A program made the translations under genes and the position numbers. Shown piece by piece: positions 10,384-20,732 of a stretch of DNA of 64,000 nucleotides. Numbering within the stretch: the stretch's first letter is position 1; each line of letters opens with the position of its first letter. Under the pieces are notes generated by a model. It saw only the letters and a list, made by a program, of their open reading frames with translations, made no database searches and was not told the origin of the DNA. Source of the stretch: Verrucomicrobiales bacterium (GTDB lineage Bacteria; Verrucomicrobiota; Verrucomicrobiia; Verrucomicrobiales; SLCJ01); the NCBI GenBank assembly GCA_046075565.1, contig JBJTQJ010000030.1:32001-96000 (forward strand), read 5' to 3'.

Positions 10384-12489
10384 TCATCCCACGTGGGAAA
10401 AGTCGACATCGCGTTCGAGGCAGGCTTTCCATGGTTGGTGCTCTGGCAGAGAGAGGTTGGGGTCGGAATCGAGGGTCAGGTCTGCCAATCGGCGGGCGGC
10501 GGCGATGAGCCGGGTATCGGTGATGCGCTCGAGGGCGGGGGCCTCGAGTCCGGGAAGCCCGCTTTGTTCGGTGCCAAGCACATCACCCGGTCCGCGTTGG
10601 CGCAAATCCTCTTCGGCAATGGCGAAGCCGTCGCGCGTGCGGGTGAAGATCTCAAGCCGGCCCGCGTGTTCCGTGTCGTCCTTGCCCAACAAAAGCAGGC
10701 AATAGGATTTGTGCGCGCCGCGCCCGACCCGGCCGCGCAACTGATGGAGCTGTGCCAGTCCGAATCGTCCGGCATCCTCGATGAGCATGACAGTCGCATT
10801 CGGCACGTCGACACCGACTTCGATCACGGTCGTGGTCACGAGGACGTGGATTTCCCCTTCCCGGAAGCGCGTCATGATGCCTTCCTTTTCTTCTGGTGGC
10901 GTGCGTCCTGTTAGGATGGCCGTTGTGTGACCGGGCAGGCGGCGTTGCCAGTCCTGCCATCCGCTGGTGGCATCAGCGGCGTCTTGCTTTTCCGATTCTT
11001 CGACGAGGGGGTGCACGATGTAGGTCTGGCGCCCGAGGGCGAGTTGCTCGCGCACGAATTTGGTGACCCTGCGTTTGTCCGGAGCGATGCGGATGGCGGT
11101 GACGATTTCTCCACGCCCGGGTGGCAGTTCGTCGAGCACGGAGACATCGAGATCACCATAGAGTGTCATGGTGAGCGTTCGAGGGATGGGTGTGGCGGTC
11201 ATCACCAGCACATGGGGGGCGGTGCCAAAGTCCATGAGCCGCGCCCGCTGGGCGACGCCGAATTTGTGCTGCTCGTCGATGACGATGAGCCCGGGTTCCA
11301 CCAGTAGGTCGCGGGCTTTGGCGAAAAGCAGGGCGTGGGTGCCAATGACGATGTCCGGGCGTGTGCCATCAGGCGTAGCTTCGACCCGGGCTCCGGTGCG
11401 CAAGGCAACCGTGCATCCGAGCGGACTGAATTGGCGTGAAAATGTCCGGAAGTGTTGCTCGGCGAGAATCTGAGTCGGGGCCATGACGGCGGCCTGGCAG
11501 CCGGATTCGATGGCGAGTGCGATGGCGGCCATGGCAACGGCGGTTTTTCCCGAACCAACATCTCCCTGAAGCAGCCGCCGCATTGGGGAGCTTCGTTTCA
11601 AATCAGCGCGGATTTCCCGCACCGTGCGCTTCTGGGCTTCCGTCATGTCGAACGGAAAGCCCTTCGCCAGCTCGGCCAACAAAACCCCTCGGCCACAGCG
11701 GGCTTGGCCGGGAGCGGAGTCGCGAGCGCGGCGTCGATGGGCTACGGCAAGCTGGAGCCGGAAGAAGGCACCAAGGGCGAACTCTCTCGAGGCGGCGGCC
11801 AATTCTTCTTCGGACTCCGGGAAATGCAATGCACGCAGGCTGGAAAAGGCATCAGATGGCGAATGACCGAGCACGGCCTCCGCTTCCTTCGCGCATCGGC
11901 TTGGCAGCAGGGGAGGGAAGGAAGTCGCGACCTCACTTGAGGAAATTTCCCCGAGCGCCCGGTGAATGAGGCTGCGGAGGAACTTCTGTTTGATACCCGT
12001 GGCCAGCGGATAGATCGGAACGATGCGGCCGACATGGATGGTGGTGATGGAGGTGTCATCCGGTTCTAGCACTTCGATCTCCGGGTGGTCGATGATGAGC
12101 CGATCCTTCACCGCTTTCACTTTTCCATAAGCGAAGAGCCGATCGCCGCCCGCGATGGCTTTTTGCATCCAGGAGAGATTGAACCACCGGGCCACGAGTT
12201 TTCCTCCCTCGCCGCCTCGTGCGGGCACGAGGGTGGCTTCGAAGATGGATTTGGCACGCCCGAATCGTAACAAACGGGTGTCGATCACCATCGCATCAAG
12301 GGAAACCGGCAACGAACTCGCGGTGGTCGGGAACGCCGAAGCATGCCGTCGATCCTCATGGCGGCGGGGCAAATGATGAAGCAGTTCGGCGACCGACTTC
12401 AAGCCGAGCGCGGCCAAGGCTGTCTTCTGCGGCGTGGTCAGACGAGTCCAGTCCGCGATGGCGGGTGATGGCGGCGGCGTTTCGGGCAT
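10384..12489 (-). CDS. recG: ATP-dependent DNA helicase RecG
   Basis: LLQGDVGSGKT, DEQH, MTATPIPRT, FGLAQLHQLRGRVGRG; TGATG coupling to recJ. Confidence 0.97.
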   Translation of the reverse strand: MPETPPPSPAIADWTRLTTPQKTALAALGLKSVAELLHHLPRRHEDRRHASAFPTTASSLPVSLDAMVIDTRLLRFGRAKSIFEATLVPARGGEGGKLVARWFNLSWMQKAIAGGDRLFAYGKVKAVKDRLIIDHPEIEVLEPDDTSITTIHVGRIVPIYPLATGIKQKFLRSLIHRALGEISSSEVATSFPPLLPSRCAKEAEAVLGHSPSDAFSSLRALHFPESEEELAAASREFALGAFFRLQLAVAHRRRARDSAPGQARCGRGVLLAELAKGFPFDMTEAQKRTVREIRADLKRSSPMRRLLQGDVGSGKTAVAMAAIALAIESGCQAAVMAPTQILAEQHFRTFSRQFSPLGCTVALRTGARVEATPDGTRPDIVIGTHALLFAKARDLLVEPGLIVIDEQHKFGVAQRARLMDFGTAPHVLVMTATPIPRTLTMTLYGDLDVSVLDELPPGRGEIVTAIRIAPDKRRVTKFVREQLALGRQTYIVHPLVEESEKQDAADATSGWQDWQRRLPGHTTAILTGRTPPEEKEGIMTRFREGEIHVLVTTTVIEVGVDVPNATVMLIEDAGRFGLAQLHQLRGRVGRGAHKSYCLLLLGKDDTEHAGRLEIFTRTRDGFAIAEEDLRQRGPGDVLGTEQSGLPGLEAPALERITDTRLIAAARRLADLTLDSDPNLSLPEHQPWKACLERDVDFSHVG

Positions 12490-14168
12490 CACGGATTGGG
12501 GTCGCTCGAACGCAGGGCGGACACGCGCATCTGTGGAGATCGGCGGCCATTCCATTCGTTGGCTTCGAGGTGGAATACAACATCCCACGGCGGAGCAGGC
12601 AGGGGACCACGCGTAGCACCGCCAAACCAGATGGCATCGCAGAAACCGCGTCCCTGACGCACGGGGATTTTATAATGTTTTTCCTTGAGCACACGCGGAG
12701 GATTCGAGGGCTCGACCCCCCGCACGACGAGCAGGGGTTCGCCGAAACCCTGGCCGAATGGACTGAGCCATTTCCAAGCGTCTAACAAGGCATCATTCAA
12801 CTCCTCCAGCCTCACCACGGCATCAGGGGCGATCACGGGATGGAAGACCGAAGGATCGACGATGGCGGCGACATGTGCGGTGACCGCTTCCCGGAATCCC
12901 TCCACCTCTTCATGTCGGATGGTGATGCCAGCGGCCATGTCGTGCCCTCCGCCTTTGACCAGCCGATCGCGACAAGCGTGGATGATGTTGGTCAGGGAAA
13001 TACCTGCGATTGAACGGGCCGAGCCCTTACCCATGCGGTTGTCGTCGAAACCGATGACAAAGGCCGGCCGATGGAAGTGGCGTGCGATGCGCGAGGCCAC
13101 GATGCCGACCACGCCCGGATGCCAGGAATCGCCGGAAAGCACGAAGGCCGGGACATCGCCGAGGATCTCCGCTTGAGCGAGGGCTTGTTGGAAGACCTCC
13201 TGTTCGAGTTGCTGGCGCTCGCGATTATGGTCATCGAGCAGACCGGCCAATTCATCGGCAGTAGTTTCATCGGCGGCAGCCAACAAGTCGAAGGCATGGC
13301 GGGCGGTATCCAGACGGCCGGCCGCGTTCAAGCGTGGGCCTAGGCGGAATCCGATGTCGCTGGCGACCATTTTCCCATTCAGGCCCGCGAGTTTTTTCAA
13401 GGCAACCAGTCCGGGGCGGTTCGTGCGCGCGAGTTCCGCGAGTCCGTGGCGCACGAGCAAGCGGTTCTCATCCACCAGTGGAACAATGTCGGCCACCGTC
13501 GCTAGCGCGACCAGATCGAGATGGGCCTTCAAATCAAAGACCGAGCGATCGAGCGGACGCGTTTTCAAGAGTCCGTGGATCACTTTGAAGACGACTCCGG
13601 CGGAGCAGAGGTAGGGTTGTTCGCCGCTTACTTTCGGGTTCACGATGGCGGCGCAGGCGGGCATTCCCTCCGGCGCGGCCTCATGGTGATCGAGGACGAT
13701 CAAATCCACGCCCCTTTCGGCCAGCCAAAGCGCCTCGTGTGACGACGTCGTCCCGCAATCGACGGCCACGACCAGAGAGGGATTCGTTTCTTCCAGGCAA
13801 CGCGCGAGACCGTCTTCGGAGAGCCCATACCCTTCCTCCATGCGATGGGGCAGGGTCACCGATGCTTGCACACCGTAGGCGGCCAGACCGGAGCGGAGCA
13901 ACGCGAGGGAGCTTACGCCGTCAACATCGTAATCTCCGTAGAGAGTCACCCGTTCACCCTTGTCGACGGCGGCTAACAAACGCGCGACCGCCTTGTCGAG
14001 CCCGCGAAGGAGAAATGGATCCCGCAAATCCTGCAAACGCGGACGGAGGAAGGCATCAGGGGTTTGAATTCCGCGACGGTGCAAGATTTCCGCCACCAAC
14101 CGCGGGTATCCCGGCAACAAGGGGGGATCGACAGCGGGGGGAAGAATCCAGCGTGGTTCGGAGCGCAT
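12489..14168 (-). CDS. recJ: ssDNA exonuclease RecJ
   Basis: GDYDVDG, VDCG, DHH, PRLNAAGR, GGHDMAAG. Confidence 0.97.
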   Translation of the reverse strand: MRSEPRWILPPAVDPPLLPGYPRLVAEILHRRGIQTPDAFLRPRLQDLRDPFLLRGLDKAVARLLAAVDKGERVTLYGDYDVDGVSSLALLRSGLAAYGVQASVTLPHRMEEGYGLSEDGLARCLEETNPSLVVAVDCGTTSSHEALWLAERGVDLIVLDHHEAAPEGMPACAAIVNPKVSGEQPYLCSAGVVFKVIHGLLKTRPLDRSVFDLKAHLDLVALATVADIVPLVDENRLLVRHGLAELARTNRPGLVALKKLAGLNGKMVASDIGFRLGPRLNAAGRLDTARHAFDLLAAADETTADELAGLLDDHNRERQQLEQEVFQQALAQAEILGDVPAFVLSGDSWHPGVVGIVASRIARHFHRPAFVIGFDDNRMGKGSARSIAGISLTNIIHACRDRLVKGGGHDMAAGITIRHEEVEGFREAVTAHVAAIVDPSVFHPVIAPDAVVRLEELNDALLDAWKWLSPFGQGFGEPLLVVRGVEPSNPPRVLKEKHYKIPVRQGRGFCDAIWFGGATRGPLPAPPWDVVFHLEANEWNGRRSPQMRVSALRSSDPNP

Positions 14169-14179
14169 GATGGCGAAAT

Positions 14180-14665
14180 TCAATCCTGGGGCTCAGCGAG
14201 TTGGTCCGGCAAGAGGAAGCCGCGTTGGCCCTCTTGGGGCAGCACCCATTCCGCCTCAATGGTGGTGGTTTCAATCACTGCATAACCGGGCGCGCTATTG
14301 AAAAAGGAGAGGAAATAGGCGCGACTCTTATCCTCGAACAACGCCCAGACTTTCTTAATCCGTTTGATGTCTTCGAGTACGCGGGATTCGCCGCGCAAGT
14401 AGAGCACGATATCGCGTTCGGCATCCACGAGCATCCATTCGGTGCGGGGATTCTTTCGGATGTGGCGGATCTTCGCGCTATCGGGCGAGGTGAGGGAATA
14501 AAGGTGGTGCCGATCAGGTGGGCACGCGGTGCCCATCCAGGCCGCATGGGGCCAGCCTTCGTTGGAAACGGTCGTAAAAATGGCCACGGCTCCGCCATCG
14601 GCAGGCGATTTGAGCATGCGGCGCAGCCTTTCGAGGATTTCGGGAGCGGGAGAAATGGAGTGCAT
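14180..14665 (-). CDS. Pyridoxamine 5'-phosphate oxidase-like (split-barrel flavin-binding) protein
   Basis: TTVSNEGWPHAAWM, TSPDSAKIRHIRKNP; GGGAGG RBS just before ATG 14665. Confidence 0.75.
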   Translation of the reverse strand: MHSISPAPEILERLRRMLKSPADGGAVAIFTTVSNEGWPHAAWMGTACPPDRHHLYSLTSPDSAKIRHIRKNPRTEWMLVDAERDIVLYLRGESRVLEDIKRIKKVWALFEDKSRAYFLSFFNSAPGYAVIETTTIEAEWVLPQEGQRGFLLPDQLAEPQD

Positions 14666-14775
14666 CAACCTCCCATGCAACCACATCCGGGGGCATTCGG
14701 CAAGAGAATGGACCAAAATCGTCGTCCGTGACGTAATTATCTCGGGCGGATCTTCGTCCGAAAGCACAAAAATCC

Positions 14776-15888
14776 ATGAAGTGGTCCTTTTCCATCGGCC
14801 GGGTCGCGGGTACGGATGTACGCATCCATGTCACCTTTTTCCTCCTCTTGGCCTTCATCGCCTTCAGTTACGGGGCCATGGGGGCTTTGCTCACCGTCAC
14901 CCTCTTTCTGTGCGTGCTTCTGCACGAATTCGGCCACATTTTCGCGGCCAAACGCTACGGAATACGCACTCCGGATGTGACCCTCTTGCCAATCGGCGGG
15001 CTGGCCCGTCTCGAGCGGATGCCGAAAAAGCCGAGCGAGGAACTGGTAGTCGCCCTCGCCGGGCCGGCCGTGAACGTGGTCATCGCCGCCGGCTTGTTCC
15101 TATTCCTCGGAGGAATGCCCAAGCACACGCTCACGCCCAAACTCGACGGGGTGCCGGCCTTTCTTCAAACGGTCATGGTCGCCAACATCTGGCTCGCCAT
15201 TTTTAATCTGTCCCCGGCCTTTCCCATGGATGGAGGACGCGTCCTCCGCGCCCTGCTCGCCACGAAGTTACCCTACACCCGCGCGACCCAAATCGCCGCC
15301 ACCATCGGACAGGTCATCGCCTTCGCCGGAGGCATCTGGGCTCTGCTCAACATGCAGCCGATTCTCGTTCTGATTGCCTTCTTCATCTTCATCGGCGCCG
15401 GGCAAGAAGCTTCGTCCGTGCGCATGGACTCGGCAACCACTGGTTTGCCGGTGACCTCGGCGATGATGACCCGTTTCCAGATTCTTTCGCCGCAGGACAG
15501 TCTGCAAGCCGCCATCACCGCTCTGCTTGCCGGTTCGCAACATGATTTCCCCGTCGTTGATGGCGGGGGGCGCGTGCGGGGCATTCTCGTTCGCGCCGAT
15601 CTCTTCAAGGCGCTCGGCGAACACGGCCCGGGCCACTCAGTTTATGAAATCGCGAGGAAGGAGCCGCCGATTCTGCGCACCGATTTCATGCTTACTCATG
15701 CCCTCGGCATCCTCTCCGAAAGTGGATTCGCCACCTTGCCGGTGCTGGACGCGGAATCCGAGCGTCTTGTTGGTCTGCTGACTTCCGAAAATGTCGCGGA
15801 AATGATGATGATTGCCCAGGTGGTCGAAAGCCGCCGCGAGAGGCTGGGAGGCCCGACCCCGCCTCCGTTGCCGGACGAGAGGACTTGA
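14776..15888 (+). CDS. Site-2 protease (M50) with CBS domains
   Basis: HEFGH, AGPAVN, FNLSPAFPMDGGR; C-terminal CBS pair. Confidence 0.93.
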   Translation: MKWSFSIGRVAGTDVRIHVTFFLLLAFIAFSYGAMGALLTVTLFLCVLLHEFGHIFAAKRYGIRTPDVTLLPIGGLARLERMPKKPSEELVVALAGPAVNVVIAAGLFLFLGGMPKHTLTPKLDGVPAFLQTVMVANIWLAIFNLSPAFPMDGGRVLRALLATKLPYTRATQIAATIGQVIAFAGGIWALLNMQPILVLIAFFIFIGAGQEASSVRMDSATTGLPVTSAMMTRFQILSPQDSLQAAITALLAGSQHDFPVVDGGGRVRGILVRADLFKALGEHGPGHSVYEIARKEPPILRTDFMLTHALGILSESGFATLPVLDAESERLVGLLTSENVAEMMMIAQVVESRRERLGGPTPPPLPDERT

Positions 15889-15897
15889 GATTACCGT

Positions 15898-17022
15898 TCA
15901 TTTTCCGAAGACAAAACAGACCGGTGCGGGACAGGCCACTGGCTCGCCCGACGGGCTCAGTTTGCCTGTCTCTGGGTCGATGCGGTGGACTTGGATGGTG
16001 TTCGAAGCTTGGCCACCCGCTAGCAACCATTTTCCATCCGGGCTGATGGCGAAATTCCGGGGGATCTTCACGCCCGCCGGAACATGCTGGATGGCTTGCA
16101 GCTTGCGGTCGGAGCCCACGGAAAAAACCGTGATGAAGTCGCGCCCTTGGTCGGTTAGGTCACGGGTGGATGAGTAAACGAATTTACCACCGGGATGAAC
16201 GCGGATTTCTGCGGAGGTCAGGCCATCGACGGGAAGATTGTCGGGACGACCCGCAGCGACGTGGAGAGGTTTGAGTTTTCCTTCCTCCGCCGACCAATCG
16301 AAAACGCCCACCGTCTGGTCGAGTTCGTTGACGACAAAGATGGTTTTGTTATCCGTGCCCACGGCCAGATGGCGTGGCCCCGCTCTTGGGGGTGTCGATG
16401 CCCGGGAGACCTCGCGCACGAAACTGGCACCCGCGTCGATTTCATAAACCACCACCGCGTCGCAACCCAAATCAGGTGCCGCGGCATGACGACCACCGGG
16501 CAGTGGAACAAACGCATGTGCATGCGCTTCTTTCTGCCTTTCATGTGGACCTTGCCCTTTGTGTTCGATAAGGGAAACCCTCCGCAAGGATCCGCTCTCT
16601 TTGTTAAAGGCAAATGAAGCGACCGAGCCGCCGCCGTAGTTTGCGGCCAGAACGGTCTTGCCATCCGCAGTGAAACTCACATGGCAGACCCCGCCACCGG
16701 TGACGGCACGAGCCACTTCCTCCCATGGAGCATCGTCTTTCATCCTCCAGACCACCACATGACCGCTCGGCTTTTTTTCTCCGTCCGCCTGGAGATTGGC
16801 GGTCGTCACGGCGTGAGAGCCATCGCTGGAAAGCGCGAGAAATCCCGCCCGATCCACCTTGGCCACCCGCTCGGGGGCAGACAGTTTGCCGGTTTCTGTA
16901 TCGAATTTCGCCCGGTAAGCCCCAGCATTTTCGCCCTCCGCGAATGTGCCAATCCAGGCATCGACCGTCGCCGACTGGAGCAGGGGTGTGGTAGCGAGGA
17001 AAAGGAAGAGTAGGCAGCGCAT
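15898..17022 (-). CDS. Secreted lactonase (6-phosphogluconolactonase Pgl family, beta-propeller)
   Basis: Signal peptide; ANYGGG, DLGCD, GPRH, VNEL, PRNF. Confidence 0.88.
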   Translation of the reverse strand: MRCLLFLFLATTPLLQSATVDAWIGTFAEGENAGAYRAKFDTETGKLSAPERVAKVDRAGFLALSSDGSHAVTTANLQADGEKKPSGHVVVWRMKDDAPWEEVARAVTGGGVCHVSFTADGKTVLAANYGGGSVASFAFNKESGSLRRVSLIEHKGQGPHERQKEAHAHAFVPLPGGRHAAAPDLGCDAVVVYEIDAGASFVREVSRASTPPRAGPRHLAVGTDNKTIFVVNELDQTVGVFDWSAEEGKLKPLHVAAGRPDNLPVDGLTSAEIRVHPGGKFVYSSTRDLTDQGRDFITVFSVGSDRKLQAIQHVPAGVKIPRNFAISPDGKWLLAGGQASNTIQVHRIDPETGKLSPSGEPVACPAPVCFVFGK

Positions 17023-17115
17023 GCCGCCATAACCACTTGTCGCGGGCGATTCTGTCAGCCAAATTCCTGACAGACCCGCTCGCCCGCGGGCGTCTTCTTC
17101 TCACCAAACGTTGCC

Positions 17116-18183
17116 ATGAATCCGCGCCATCTCGTCTTCGCCTCACTTCTTACCACCATGTCCACCCTTTCCGCTGCCGAGGGGCTTTCCCCCGACTGGA
17201 CCAATGTCGCACCCGCCGATGCCCAAATCATGGGTGACTACGAAGGCACCTACCTTGATGCTCCCAAGGGTCACTACTTCGAAATCAACAAACCGGTGGC
17301 CGCTCAGCTCATGAATGTCAGCGATGGCCAGTATGCCATCCGCTTCACCCAACAGCTCGATGCCCGGTCCGATCCCTATTTTGAAGGTTCGGCCAAGCTC
17401 GAAGGTGACGCGGTTGTCTTCGACGAAAAGGGATGGAGCGGCAGAGCGACCAAAGACGATCTCACCGGCATTGCCAACTATGGCGGCAAGCAGGTGAAAT
17501 TTGATCTCAAACGTGTCGACCGCGCATCCCCGACCCTCGGAGCGAAAGCCCCCGAAGGGGCCGTTGTCCTCTTCGACGGAAAAAACTTCGACCAATGGCA
17601 GCACGGCGACGGACGCCCGGTTACCTGGCGCATTCTGGAAAACGGGGTCATGGAAATCCCGAATCCGAAATCCAAGGAGGACCGCGAGAAACGCATCGGC
17701 GGCGACATCCAAACGAAGGAATCCTTCGGCGACTGCCGCATCCATCTCGAATTCCGTTATCCGGTGGAGCCCGGTAAAGCCGGCCAAGGACGCGGCAACA
17801 GCGGGTTCTTCTTCCAACGCGACTACGAAGTGCAAATCCTCAACTCCTACGGACTCCACGGATATTGGAATGAATGTGGTGCCCTTTACAAACTCTCCCC
17901 GCCCAAGGTGAATGCCGCTCGTCCGCCGATGCAATGGCAGACCTATGATGTCGAATACACGGCCTCGGTCTGGAAAGATGGCAAAATGACCGCCGCTCCC
18001 CGCATCACCGTGCTTCACAACGGTGTGCTCATCCACGATGACCAGGAAATCAGCCACGTCACCGCGCATGCCTTCGACCAACGCGAGAAAAACCCGCAAG
18101 GCCCCGGACCCATCCGCCTTCAGGATCACAGCAATGCCATCCAATTCCGGAATATCTGGATCGTCCCAGGCAAGAAGAAGTAG
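17116..18183 (+). CDS. Secreted DUF1080 (3-keto-disaccharide hydrolase-like) protein
   Basis: LFDGKNFDQW, GNSG, YEVQIL, WQTYD, PIRLQDH...FRNIW. Confidence 0.9.
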   Translation: MNPRHLVFASLLTTMSTLSAAEGLSPDWTNVAPADAQIMGDYEGTYLDAPKGHYFEINKPVAAQLMNVSDGQYAIRFTQQLDARSDPYFEGSAKLEGDAVVFDEKGWSGRATKDDLTGIANYGGKQVKFDLKRVDRASPTLGAKAPEGAVVLFDGKNFDQWQHGDGRPVTWRILENGVMEIPNPKSKEDREKRIGGDIQTKESFGDCRIHLEFRYPVEPGKAGQGRGNSGFFFQRDYEVQILNSYGLHGYWNECGALYKLSPPKVNAARPPMQWQTYDVEYTASVWKDGKMTAAPRITVLHNGVLIHDDQEISHVTAHAFDQREKNPQGPGPIRLQDHSNAIQFRNIWIVPGKKK

Positions 18184-18240
18184 CAAGTCGAGCGCTCAAC
18201 CACCGGCTACCGGCCGGGAAACGTCAATCTACCATCCACC

Positions 18241-18504
18241 ATGAACAAACCAAAGATCAGTCAGTTCGCCCCCATTCCTGTCACTGTCGAAGCCGGCAAA
18301 ACCTACTATTGGTGTTCCTGCGGCGAGAGCAAAGGCCAGCCTTTTTGCGACGGATCCCACAAGGGCACGGGCTTCTCTCCTGTCGCTTACACCGCCGAGA
18401 AGGATGGCCCGGTCTATTTCTGCGCCTGCAAACACGGAGGCAATGGCGTTCTCTGCGATGGTAGCCACAAATCGCTTCCACGCGAGTCCGCGAAAACGGA
18501 TTAA
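18241..18504 (+). CDS. CDGSH iron-sulfur protein (two CDGSH motifs)
   Basis: WCSCGESKGQPFCDGSH and FCACKH...LCDGSH. Confidence 0.93.
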   Translation: MNKPKISQFAPIPVTVEAGKTYYWCSCGESKGQPFCDGSHKGTGFSPVAYTAEKDGPVYFCACKHGGNGVLCDGSHKSLPRESAKTD

Positions 18505-18567
18505 CCCACCTAACAAGCCACCTGCGCACGGTGCCGACCCTTTGCCGCAGAACTTTCGATTCAACGG

Positions 18568-19083
18568 CTACCATTCTTCCAGAAAAACCCTTGGCTCGGG
18601 TTCGCCATTCTCCGGGAGCAAGGCGAGGAGTTCATTGATGGTGTGACGGTGTCCTCCGGGGATGCGATCCGGCGCGATGCGGGCAAGAGGGACAAGCACG
18701 AAGCGCCGGTTGGCCATACGAGGGTGGGGGAGGATGAGGTCGGGTGTGGCGAATGTGCCCGATTCAAGATAAAGGAGGTCGATATCGATGGGACGGGGAG
18801 CATTCCGGTGGCGATCTTTGGGCAAAGGACGGCCGAACTCCGCCTCGATGGCTTGGCAGGCACGGTGAAAGTCGGTTAGCCTGCCGTCGGGGATGTCGAG
18901 TTCCAGCGCGGTATTGAGAAAATCAGGGGAACCGGGCGGGCAATCGACGGGCGCGGTCGCGTAGATAGGCGCTTGGCGAAAATCCGACTGCGAACCGGCG
19001 GCGGCGAGCACGGCATCGCGCGCGCGGGCCAGCCACTGGCCGCGGTCGCCGAGATTCGAGCCCATGGCCACTCCGATGCGCAT
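18568..19083 (-). CDS. folK: 2-amino-4-hydroxy-6-hydroxymethyldihydropteridine diphosphokinase
   Basis: MRIGVAMGSNLGDR, FLNTA, PRPIDIDLL, LPHPRMANRRFVLVPL. Confidence 0.95.
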   Translation of the reverse strand: MRIGVAMGSNLGDRGQWLARARDAVLAAAGSQSDFRQAPIYATAPVDCPPGSPDFLNTALELDIPDGRLTDFHRACQAIEAEFGRPLPKDRHRNAPRPIDIDLLYLESGTFATPDLILPHPRMANRRFVLVPLARIAPDRIPGGHRHTINELLALLPENGEPEPRVFLEEW

Positions 19084-19166
19084 GGGCAAACATGGAATGG
19101 AGACGGGCGTGGGAAAATTGAAATTTTCTCCGGGACGCGCGGCAAGAATTATGGCATCGGTGGGAA

Positions 19167-19964
19167 ATGGCGAAGACCCCGACACCCGCGAAACCCGTTT
19201 GGCCGGACTGGTTGCCCGCACCGACGGGCCAGGCCGCGGTTTGGCCATGGGAAAGGATTTTCGACGATTTGCCGAACATTGTTTTTTTCGCGAAGGATGT
19301 GCGGGGGCGTTACACCTCGGTAAACCGCTCGCTGGTCGAGCGGTGTGGGTTCTCCGACAAAGCCGCGATGCTGGGCAAAAGGCCGTCGGAAATTTTCCCC
19401 GCCTCGATGGCGGCGCACTTCGAGCGCCAGGATGCTCGGGTCCTCGGCAGCGGAAAACCGGTGCTGGACCAATTGGAGCTGCATTTCCATGTGCAACGCC
19501 GCCACGGCTGGTGCCTGACCAATAAATACCCCCTCGCGGAGGCGGGCACGGGCAAGGTGATCGGACTGGTCGGGGTGGGGCGGGATGTCGAAACTTCGGC
19601 CCGGGGGGTGGCGGCGCGGGGGTTTCCGGAACTCGCCCGAGCCATCGATCACTTGCAGGGACGGGTGGAAAACCCGCCGGGAGTGGAGGAATTGGCCGCC
19701 GTGGCCGGTTTGCCAGCCGGTCCATTCGCCCAAATGGTCCACCGGGTCTTCCACATGACCCCGCGGGACCTGATTTTGAAGGTGCGGCTCGACGAGGCCA
19801 TGCACCTGCTGGCCCATTCCGCCATGACACTGGCGGATATCGCGCTGGCGACCGGATTTTGCGACCAGAGCGCCTTCACCCGGCATTTCCGGCGCTTCAC
19901 GGGAATTCCGCCGGGGGGATTCCGGGCCAGCCAGCGGGGAATTGAAAATTTCTCCGAAAAATAA
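19167..19964 (+). CDS. AraC family regulator with N-terminal PAS domain
   Basis: FFAKDVRGRY...QDARVL (PAS-like); IALATGFCDQSAFTRHFRR. Confidence 0.93.
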   Translation: MAKTPTPAKPVWPDWLPAPTGQAAVWPWERIFDDLPNIVFFAKDVRGRYTSVNRSLVERCGFSDKAAMLGKRPSEIFPASMAAHFERQDARVLGSGKPVLDQLELHFHVQRRHGWCLTNKYPLAEAGTGKVIGLVGVGRDVETSARGVAARGFPELARAIDHLQGRVENPPGVEELAAVAGLPAGPFAQMVHRVFHMTPRDLILKVRLDEAMHLLAHSAMTLADIALATGFCDQSAFTRHFRRFTGIPPGGFRASQRGIENFSEK

Positions 19965-20033
19965 GGACATCCGGGCAGGCTGGTGCTATAGAATTTGGAA
20001 AGTTCGTCTGCCGGGCGACGCATAATCAAGGAC

Positions 20034-20732
20034 ATGGCGAAGAAAGACGACAAAACCAAATCCACCGCCGATTCCGCGGCTGATTCCACCAGCGACGAGG
20101 AAATCCTGAAAAGCGGGTATGCGAAGACGCGCAAGAGTCTCATCGCCCGTTTGCAGAACTGGGAGGACCAGCGGACTTGGGATGAGTTTTACCAGACCTA
20201 TTGGCGGCTCATTTATAGCGTAGCCATCAAGTCCGGACTGCGGCAGGACGAGGCATTTGATGTCGTGCAGGAGACGATTCTGAGCATCGCGAAACAGTCG
20301 AAGGAGAATCGTTATGATCCCAATGCCGGATCCTTCAAATCATGGCTTTTGAACATGACCCGTTGGCGTATCGGCGATCAGTTCCGCAAACGCAAAAAAG
20401 ACACGGCCATGGTCCAGCCCGAGTTCCAGGACGACAGCGGTCGCGGTGAAGCCATCGTCGAACGTGTGGAGGATCCGAATGGGGACAAGTTGGAGCGTTT
20501 GTGGAATGCCGAATGGGCGAAGAATCTGACCAAGTCGGGACTCGAAAAAGTGAAACGCAAGGTCAGCGCCCGGCAATATCAGATCTTCGATTGTTATGTT
20601 CTGAAAGGCTGGGATACGGAACGCGTCGCCCGTGAACTCGGAGTGAGCGTGACGCAGGTTTATCTGGCCAAACACCGGGTCGGTGCCGTGCTGAAGAAAG
20701 AACTCGCCGAATTGGATGGCAAGCTCCTCTGA
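20034..20732 (+). CDS. ECF sigma-70 factor (kinase-associated type)
   Basis: TRKSLIARL...WDEFYQTYWRLI, DVVQET, SFKSWL, VARELGVSVTQVYLAKHRV. Confidence 0.92.
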   Translation: MAKKDDKTKSTADSAADSTSDEEILKSGYAKTRKSLIARLQNWEDQRTWDEFYQTYWRLIYSVAIKSGLRQDEAFDVVQETILSIAKQSKENRYDPNAGSFKSWLLNMTRWRIGDQFRKRKKDTAMVQPEFQDDSGRGEAIVERVEDPNGDKLERLWNAEWAKNLTKSGLEKVKRKVSARQYQIFDCYVLKGWDTERVARELGVSVTQVYLAKHRVGAVLKKELAELDGKLL